In this document: positions 54,972 through 64,000 of the stretch, one piece after another | Numbering within the stretch: the first letter of the stretch is position 1 | Layout: every line of letters begins with the position of its first letter | Source of the DNA: Octopus sinensis | Taxonomy: Eukaryota | NCBI RefSeq assembly: GCF_006345805.1 | Contig: NC_042997.1 | Location: 124,124,001 to 124,188,000 of the forward strand | DNA length: 64,000 nucleotides | Direction of reading: 5' to 3' | Position numbers and translations under genes: made by a program | Notes under the pieces: generated by a model | Told to the model about the DNA's origin: nothing | The model's database searches: none | Seen by the model: the letters and a program-made list of their open reading frames with translations, nothing else

Positions 54972-55874
54972 TCTTTATCCTCATCAATCTCCTCAAAATA
55001 TCTTACTTTCCCAATTGGGTTGAGTATCTATTAACGTCTCTCTATATATATTGTATTTGTCCCTGCAGTCATACGCAATCCCCTTCTGTTCTAAAGCTCT
55101 CTTGAATTTTCTGGTGCCTTATTCAGGAGTAAAACCGTCTACCTTCTAGATCTTTCCTTGTTCCTATTACATTCATACGTATTTATGTATTTGTTGTCTC
55201 TTCAATGTCTTGTAAATATATCATCAATCGATTTGATGCCTTACAAAAGCCTCTTCATATATTTCCCCTAATGCCTAAATACACACGCTTTTATACATAC
55301 ATACGTACGTACCTAATACGTATATACATACAGAAAGTGATCCTCATCATTACTTTACAAGTTAGACTGTTGTATTACTTGAGCCAATGATTTATAGATA
55401 ACAGTTGTCGAAGAGATAATGCAACGAACCAGGAATCAAATGGCTGAAAACAGACCATCTTATCCGCGAAGAAATCCCATATCCCATAAGGAAGCGGAAA
55501 ATTCGATCACACACCATGTGCATCCAATCACCACAATTGAATACATTAATTTTACGACACATTACAGTGGGAAAAACGGCGGTGCTGCAATGAAACATAT
55601 TTTCGATGACAACAAAGTTTTCACTTACTTTTCAACTATGAATAAAGTGCTTTACTACATTTAATGCATACCTCGGTTTCTTAGGAGGAATACTCAAGGG
55701 TTATGGAAGTAGACGAGAAAATAGAAGTAGAGGTCAAAGTTTTACCTAAATTTATTTCGCACACACATACACACTCTCTTATCTCTTTCTTTCTCTGTGT
55801 CTCTCTATATATGGCGTGTAACATACACATGAGTAGTAACCTTACACACACACACACGCGCGCATATATATATA

Positions 55875-55922
<48 letters not shown>

Positions 55923-55982
55923 AATACATACATACATATATGTATGTATGTATGTATATATATATATATGTATATATACATG

Positions 55983-56025
<43 letters not shown>

Positions 56026-56692
56026 TGGATATATACATATATATATTATATATATATGCGCATAAGTGTGTATATCTCTGTGTGTGTGTACGTGTATAAT
56101 ATAAGAAATAAGACAGAGAGCGAAAGATAGATAATGCTTGAGTCGGAGTGGGAAGTAACTAAACACATGTGCGAAACACATACAACTGAAGTAGCTCTTT
56201 ATATATGTAGAAAATAAAAAGTTTTCTTTAAAATAAGATAAATATATTTCCAATACATTGACTAGCTTAATGTGTATTATTATTTACATATGGAAATTGT
56301 AGTTCATCTCTTATCTACAGCTCCTTCTGCTGTCATTTACAACCATTAATCTTAGGAATTATTCAAAGTTGTTATAGTATATCTCACTCTGTATGTTCTG
56401 AATGGGGAATATATAATACTGATAATAGTTTATGGAATTGCTTTTCATGACAAAGAATTGAAAATATTTTCTAACTTTCAAAAGAGAAAAACAAAAATAT
56501 TTGCAAACAGGTCAAATCTTGATGGTGCTAAAATACATTATCACGAAATTATATGATGTTTCCTTATTACTGTAGCACTTGAATTTGAATATCGTCAACA
56601 TATATACGCGTGTGTATGTGTGAATGTGCTTGCGCTTAAGAGTATACATACATACATACATACATACATACATACATACATACATACATACA

Positions 56693-56723
<31 letters not shown>

Positions 56724-57023
56724 CTACAGTTGCAATCAAGTATACATGTATCTTTCTATATGTGTGTGTATGTATGTGTGCCTATGTTTGTATGTTTGTA
56801 TGTGGTCTGAAGGATGTGTTTTAATAAGAATATGATTTTAAAATGAGTTATTCTTCACTATTCTCACGCAGAGACAAAAAAAAGTCGTATTATCGAAATG
56901 GAACAGCAAATCGTTCTGCCTCTTACTACCAGTAATCTTGTTTCTCTACATGTTCTTTATCTCCTTCTCTCACACCCTCTCGCTATCTCAGTATATGAAT
57001 ACACAGACACACAGAAACACACG

Positions 57024-57097
<74 letters not shown>

Positions 57098-57164
57098 CTG
57101 TGTGTGTGTGAGTGTGCACGTGTGTGTGTGTGTGTGTATTTGTGAGCTGGTCCATATAATGAAA

Positions 57165-57463
57165 AAGATATGAATGGGCATCCTGGAGATAAAACATTTC
57201 GTGGGAGTGGGCGATGTCCTCCTTGTATTGTTGAAAGATTGAAATATAACAATGTGCTTTAGTAGTGTGTTCTCTACTCATTTGCAATGTATACTGAGTC
57301 CGAAGCGCACAGAACAACCATATGGAGAAGGTGTATTCCTGGGATTAAGATAGCAGTATCGCCTGTTCTTATGGAACATCCACTTTTAGGTGGCGATAAA
57401 CATAGCCTCTCAGCATAAATACTACTTTCTTTCATCCATCGTAGAAATGTTCTTAACGAGCCA

Positions 57464-57465
<2 letters not shown>
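57165..57465 (-). mobile_element. Possible Helitron PIF1-helicase relic
   Basis: Minus strand RTGDTAILIPGIHL resembles G..VLIPRI.L, and downstream FHYMDQL weakly resembles FSHGQL. Very decayed. Confidence 0.25.
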
Positions 57466-57502
<37 letters not shown>

Positions 57503-57505
<3 letters not shown>

Positions 57506-58810
57506 ATAAAACGGTAAGATAACAAAAGAAGAAAGAGACCTCAATATTATGTAAATAGAGGAAATTTATCTATACAATATGTTACATTACTCGGTAGTCA
57601 AGATAAAACTCTGAGTTTCAGATGCCGAAGTGGAAATCCACAACACCATCTCTTCGGTTATCTGGCTATTTGAAAACGTTATGAAAAAATACCGTTAAAA
57701 ATGAAGGGAAATTACTCTGTTATAACTCTGCTTTGCCTGCGTACTTATACATCGCTCGCATTTTTCGTCATAAAAATATATAAAAATACATAAAAATATA
57801 TAAAAATATATAAAAATATATAAAATCTTCTTGGGACATAACACAGAAAGCATGTTCTATCCGTTTTCTTTAGGGGACCAAAAACGTAACAGAAATTTAG
57901 TCACTGTGGGCATGATCCGAAAAGCTCTGTCCTTGTATTTAGACATGTGGTAGGGTCTAAGCTGCTTTTCCAGATAAGCCATCTCTCCATGTCGCATAAA
58001 CCGCACCTTCCGCTGCCGTTAGTATAGGGCTTACATCTGGCCAAAATCTTCCATTGTATGTTATAATCGACACCTTTATCTCTTAAAGACCAAATATGAT
58101 TGGATAATTGTGTCGCTTTTCTTTTGTTCCAGTGCCTAAAGCTCAAAGTGTGGTTATTGAACCTGGCCTTGAAATTACCCTCTGTCAGGCCCACGTATTT
58201 CTTCGTCGAAACGGTATCTTTAGTGGTTATAGAGTTTACGGTAGCTTCATATATGATGGTCTTGGACATGCAAGCTCCATTAGCGGGCACAATTCTTTAT
58301 TCCTGCATGAACAGCTGTTTTCTTCTTGTGTTTTTTGTATGTTATGATTGATTATGTTTTTAAAATTGGTAGTTGAACTAAAACTAATTTTTAAATTGTG
58401 TCTATTAAAGAGTTTCCTATAAGCATGGTTAACTGGAAAATGTCTATCTATCAGTGCTAGGAAATATTTACCTATATTGAAGGCCACCTCGGGTGAGTAA
58501 GGGGGCGTAAACCAGATGACCTTCCTATTTCTATTATTCCTTTTCTTATTGTTGGGCTGGTGATAGGTGTATATTTTATTTTTTCGCTAAAACCACTATC
58601 TTTTAAAGCTTTATTATAAACTGGGGCAACGCTATTGAAGATGTCCTCATTAGATGAGAGGCTAGAAATCCTCTTACTAATATTTTTAACTAAATTTTTG
58701 AATACTATAGGGGGATGGCATGAACCTACATTAATATAACTTAGTCTATCATTGGGCTTCCTATAAGGCTTATAAATATTATTATTAGATCTAAGGAAAC
58801 GTCTAAGAAA
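57503..58810 (-). mobile_element. Penelope-like element (RT C-terminus, GIY-YIG endonuclease, 3' UTR), 5'-truncated, left arm
   Basis: FLDVSLDL..YKPYRKPN (RT motif), RKVIWFTPPYS, CSCRNKELCPL.GAC, IIYEATV..KKYVGLTEGNFKARFNNH (GIY-YIG), CGLCDME and ELFGSCP (ORFs 58236-58487 and 57901-58290). Confidence 0.9.
57601..57663 (-). ncRNA. Type I hammerhead-ribozyme-like motif in the Penelope 3' region
   Basis: AGATAA-CCGAAGA-GATG..CATC-T-GAA-ACTC A GAGT-T-TTATCT. Stems I, II and III can all be drawn, with a U4C core variant. Confidence 0.55.
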
Positions 58811-60029
58811 TTAGATCTTATAATAATATTTATAAGCCTTATAGGAAGCCCAATGATAGACTAAGTTATTTATGTAGGTTCATGCCATCCCCCTATAGTA
58901 TTCAAAAATATAGTTAAAAATATTAGTAAGAGGATTTCTAGCCTCTCATCTAATGAGGACATCTTCAATAGCGTTGCCCCAGTTTATAATAAAGCTTTAA
59001 AAGATAGTGGTTTTAGCGAAAAAATAAAATATACACCTATCACCAGCCCAACAATAAGGAAAAGGAATAATAGAAATAGGAAGGTCATCTGGTTTACGCC
59101 CCCTTACTCACCCGAGGTGGCCTTCAATATAGGTAAATATTTCCTAGCACTGATAGATAGACATTTTCCAGTTAACCATGCTTATAGGAAACTCTTTAAT
59201 AGACACAATTTAAAAATTAGTTTTAGTTCAACTACCAATTTTAAAAACATAATCAATCATAACATACAAAAAACACAAGAAGAAAACTGTTCATGCAGGA
59301 ATAAAGAATTGTGCCCGCTAAATGGAGCTTGCATGTCCAAGACCATCATATATGAAGCTACCGTAAACCTATAACCACTAAAGACACCGTTTCGACGAAG
59401 AAATACGTGGGCCTGACAGAGGGTAATTTCAAGGCCAGGTTCAATAACCACACTTTGAGCTTTAGGCACTGGAACAAAAGAAAAGCAACACAATTATCCA
59501 ATCATATTTGGTCTTTAAGAGATAAAGGTGTCGATTATAACATACAATGAAGATTTTGGCCAGTTAAGCCCTATACTAACGGCAGCGGAAGGTGCGGTTT
59601 ATGCGACATGGAGAGATGGCTTATCTGGAAAAGCAGCTTAGACCCTACCACATGTCTAAATACAAGGACAGAGCTTTTCGGATCATGCCCACATGTGACT
59701 AAATTTCTGTTACGTTTTTGGTCCCCTAAAGAAAACGGATAGAACATGCTTTCTGTGTTATGTCCCAAGAAGATTTTATATATTTTTATATATTTTTATA
59801 TATTTTTATGTATTTTTATATAATTTTTATGACGAAAAATGCGAGCGATGTATAAGTACGCAGGCAAAGCAGAGTTATAACAGAGTAATTTCCCTCATTT
59901 TTAACGGTATTTTTCATAACGTTTTCAAATAGCCAGATAACCGAAGAGATGGTGTTGTGGATTTCCACTTCGGCATCTGACTCAGAGTTTTATCTTGACT
60001 ACCGAGTAATGTAACATATTGTATAGATA
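58811..60029 (+). mobile_element. Penelope-like element, right arm (inverted duplicate)
   Basis: Reverse complement of 57567-58794 with scattered 1-3 nt indels. ORF 59117-59374. Confidence 0.9.
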
Positions 60030-60063
60030 TATATATATATATATATTATATATTATATATATA

Positions 60064-60118
<55 letters not shown>

Positions 60119-60204
60119 ATATAAATATGTATATGTATATGTACATATATACATATATCTACACACACACACACACGCATATATATATATATATATATAG
60201 AGAG

Positions 60205-60277
<73 letters not shown>

Positions 60278-60682
60278 TGGCTGTTTATATATAACATATA
60301 GCCAGAGCACCCTCTCTGTAATTAATAGACTCCCTGTAGAAATAAGAATTTCCTCGTAGATATGATGCCACTTCAAAATGAACACAGACAGAGAGATAGA
60401 TAGGTAAAATTAATTGGTGTATGTATAAAGTGATATATAGGCATATACATAGGTAGCTGTTCAATGGAATAGCACTCATGTTAGACAACACGTTACAAAA
60501 GATTTCTTCTTTGACAAAAAAGACACCTATGTTGAACTACTTTGCAGAATATAGAAATTTAGCTCACATGACACATAAACGTTGAGAATTTAACAACATT
60601 AACTAAGAACTATATTGTCAAATTTCATTTTTGGATTTGGTTTGCAAGATTCTCCATGTGAGTTCGTGTGTTGAAGTATATT

Positions 60683-60871
60683 CTGTTGTGTCGGGGAGAG
60701 TCTTTCTCTTTTGGTGCCTTATAATTTAAAAAACTCACCTGTAAAATTTCCACTTATTTGTTTTTTTATTTTTCCAAAATTTTCGTTGCTAAAAAAGAAA
60801 TAAGTGGAAATTTTACTGGTGTGTTAAATTCTGAGGCACCAAAAGAGGATGACTCTCCCCAGACACAACAG
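60683..60871. repeat. Fold-back/MITE-like palindrome, ~75-bp arms
   Basis: CTGTTGTGTCGGGGAGAGTC..GTAAAATTTCCACTTATTT (60683-60759) versus AAATAAGTGGAAATTTTAC..GACTCTCCCCAGACACAACAG (60798-60871). Confidence 0.8.
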
Positions 60872-61404
60872 ATTATAGTATCAAAGTTTTCCGTAATTGG
60901 TTGGAAAGCATTCCCTTCTGTGAATTTAGACAATTAAATAAACTGCGCCGCACTGAATGTCATATGCATAGGATAATTGACTTACTTAAAACACCTATTA
61001 GCGAAACTGTGTTATTTCCCTTCGGTCATTTTATTTTCCATATTGTTGAGTGCCTAAATTTGGTGAGTGTTTAGAAATTTCAACTTGCTGACTTGAACCA
61101 ATATGTTTCAACTTACAAATGGTGGCGGTGAATTATTTAGTAAACACTTTAGACCCAGTTTCATGCATGTCTCAAATATTGGCGTCAAATTTTGACAAAA
61201 GGCCAACAGTTTCAGTTAGTTCTTTACAAAGTCATTATTCTATAATACGTTAAAGCAGAAAAAAAATAATAAATAAAACAAGCAAACATTAAAAAATTTT
61301 GCATCGTGTAAAGTTAAGAAAATATGATTTCGTACATTTAAATTCCAGAACTTCATATTTTCCATGAAATCATTTTCCAAATATAATTTGTGACTGACAA
61401 TAAT

Positions 61405-61560
61405 AGACCTCTAGTGCCCACATAATACTTAATTTATCAACCGTTAATGGATGTAAGGCAAAGTCGACGGCGGCGGAAATTGAACTCGGGACGTAAAAAC
61501 GGACGAATTACTGCAAAGCATTTTGCCCGGCATGCTAACGATACTGCCAAGCTCGCCGCA
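61405..61560 (-). mobile_element. SINE family A, partial
   Basis: GGCAAAGTCGACGGCGGCGGAAATTGAACTCGGGACGT..GCCCGGCATGCTAACG..GCTCGCCGC. Confidence 0.75.
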
Positions 61561-62519
61561 TTCCATCCCTCAAATATTACAATTGAAAACTCACCCTAAT
61601 TTCGAGTAAGAACTTTACTTAGAGTTTGGTGTACATTAAGGTGCCTGGTATTTAATATCAGGTATAGGTTAGAAAACTAGTGGTTAACATTAGGATCATC
61701 CTCATGAAGAGGGTCAACATCACTATCATTAACTCTTCCTCAATATCTTGCTATTTGGAGAATACTATGTTAACTATAATTAACATACAATGAAATATTT
61801 TAAACAATAATTGTCAGCCACAAATTATATTTGGAAAAATCATTTCATAGAAAATATAGGAAAATATAAAATTATGGAATTTAAATGAACGAAATCATAT
61901 TTTCTTAACTTTACACGATGCGGATTTTTTTATGTTTACTTGTTTTATTTTTTTTCTTCTGCTTTAACATATTATAGAATAATGATTTTGTAAAGAACTA
62001 ATTGTCTTATTTCACCAGATTTTTCGATGAACTTTCCAATATATTCTATTTCAAGAATATCTGACATTTAAACATAATCCAGAGCAGATACCACTAATTC
62101 CCAGAAATAACTCACTTGATTAGAAAATTGTCTTTTCAGATTTTAGTAGAAAGAATATGGAATATATTGAATACAATTGATACCATAACATTAATGTATT
62201 TTTCTTGTAATCGATATTGCCATACACCCACAAAAGTATTTTAAAGAATAACATCTTCTCTAAAATCTGACTTCAGTTTCAAATATACCCGACATAGCGT
62301 ACATCGAGATATATATAACATGATATTAAATCATGATGAAATATGCTCAATGGCCAAGCAAACACGTGATTCTAATTCATATTTGACCTTTGTGAATATT
62401 AGACTTATTGACAGAAATACAGAATACAGTATTCTGTATGTATCATCAATTCTAAAGGAAGAGTCAAAGGCTTGCTCTTCATATATTTATCTAATCACTT
62501 CTCTCCACCCAAACACATA

Positions 62520-62722
62520 TTTATTCTTTTATTCTTTTACATGTTTCAGTCATTTGAATGTGGCCATGCTGGAGCACAACCTTAAGGGGTTTCAGTGGAA
62601 GAAATCGAGGCCAAGACTTATTCTTCGTAAGTCTAGTACTTATTCTAGATTATCGTAACCATTAAGTTATGGAGACGCAAATACACCAACATCGGTTATC
62701 AAGCAACAGTGAGGGGGACAAA
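62520..62722 (-). mobile_element. SINE family B, 3' half
   Basis: CATGTTTCAGTCATTTGAATGTGGCCATGCTGGAGCAC..CAACATCGGTTATCAAGC. Confidence 0.7.
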
Positions 62723-63139
62723 TTCTTGAAGAGCAGGCATCTAATTTGTTGATATATTTGTTGTTATAAAAATACTGGAACTAGAAGCCATTATATTGTA
62801 ATAAACGTACGGCCCACCCTGCCTAAATTGAGGATCATGTATTGCAATAGTTTAGGATGGAAAAGTCGACAGTTCTTATAATACCCAGGCAAAAATAATT
62901 AAGAAACCTATACAATGTGAACATAAATGTTTTCAAAAGAGAGTTAAACATTCATTTCTCTTCACTAGCGGACGAACTCATGGCTCAGCAACAGTCAAGG
63001 GATATTTCATATACAGGAGGGGCGGTATGAAATCCCAACAATATGACGAAATCAGCCATTAAAAAAAACGATATGTAAAAGTGCAAAACACGGGGGTGCT
63101 TAGTATATATCTACATTTTTCAAAATGTGACCTCGTGTG

Positions 63140-63335
63140 TACCGTTGGCGATTTTTTTTCCTCTGTCTCCCCTTCTCTAGATCTTTTCTTCTTCTATGTT
63201 TCCGACGAAGAGCTCCGCTCGAAACGTTAACCCCTCCTTCTTTCCTTCTTTCCTGAGCGTCCAATAATACTATATTTGTTCCACGTCCTCACGTTGTTGT
63301 GTTTTTTTGTGCTTTCTTGTTTGGATTAACTTTAA
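63140..63335 (+). mobile_element. Short Penelope-like/retrozyme-like repeat with degenerate hammerhead core
   Basis: CCGACGA-A-GAG ctccg CTC-GAAA-CGTT at ~63202-63228. Confidence 0.4.
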
Positions 63336-63433
63336 CTACGTATATATATATATCTAAATCTATCTGTCTGTGTATCTATCTTTTTATCTCTATACATATA
63401 TATGTGTGTGTGTATGTATGCATATGTGTACAG

Positions 63434-63499
<66 letters not shown>

Positions 63500-63851
63500 A
63501 TACCTACATATCTATACAGAGATGAAGGGTGCGATTAAAATGTTAAGTTAACGTCATATGGCTGATATTTAGCCGTAACTACTTTCACAAAGAAATACTG
63601 ATATTCCAGTAAAAACGAATATGTGAAAGTCGTTCTTGGTTATTTAAAGAATATTTTATTTGTCATTTTATCCAGAATACCATTGCATAAAATCAAAATA
63701 TATTCAAATTTAAATTGCACAATATACAGTATAGTTTAGATAAAGCAGCATAAAATTGATTGTATAATCCAAATTATAATGGATATTTTCTTCCGAATAA
63801 TATCTACTCATACATGGCTCATATATGTGGAAAAAATTGAATATGAAACAG

Positions 63852-63986
<135 letters not shown>

Positions 63987-64000
63987 TTTGTATATAAATT

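Noticed and set aside
55392-55664. Overlapping 68-81 aa ORFs with a CGDWMHMVC (PHD-like) string
   Set aside because: Only a partial motif, with no splice signals or supporting context.
57771-57826. Five copies of a 10-bp unit (AAAATATATA)
   Set aside because: Simple minisatellite inside the Penelope 3' UTR, mirrored in the other arm, with no independent significance.
59270-59345. Selenocysteine-type (Naiad-like) recoding in the Penelope-like zinc-finger motif
   Set aside because: The motif reads CSCRNKELCPLNGAC with ordinary Cys codons, with no in-frame TGA at those positions.

Overview
This is AT-rich eukaryotic genomic DNA saturated with microsatellites. The tRNA-derived SINE families, RLE/CR1 LINE relics, Penelope-like elements and mariner derivatives are most consistent with a coleoid cephalopod, probably an octopus. 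That assignment is inferred from repeat content and was not database-checked. There is no prokaryotic gene content, and nearly all ORF-track entries are microsatellite translations. Non-repeat signals: (1) a decayed Toll-like-receptor-like pseudogene on the minus strand (LRRs, LRRCT, TM, TIR; ~5.45-11.75 kb) broken by insertions; (2) one convincing 90-nt minus-strand exon at 28665-28754, suggesting part of the window is intronic to an unidentified gene; (3) a near-complete U6 snRNA copy fused to the 5' end of a full-length SINE inside a (TA)n tract. Notable mobile-element structures: a head-to-head inverted Penelope-like pair (~2.5 kb palindrome) carrying a hammerhead-like fold, two copies of a palindromic mariner derivative with ~206-bp inverted arms, RLE LINEs associated with (TAA)n or (TACA)n microsatellites, and a recent ~0.68-kb tandem duplication. 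All translations and alignments were done by eye, so coordinates of degenerate elements are approximate.
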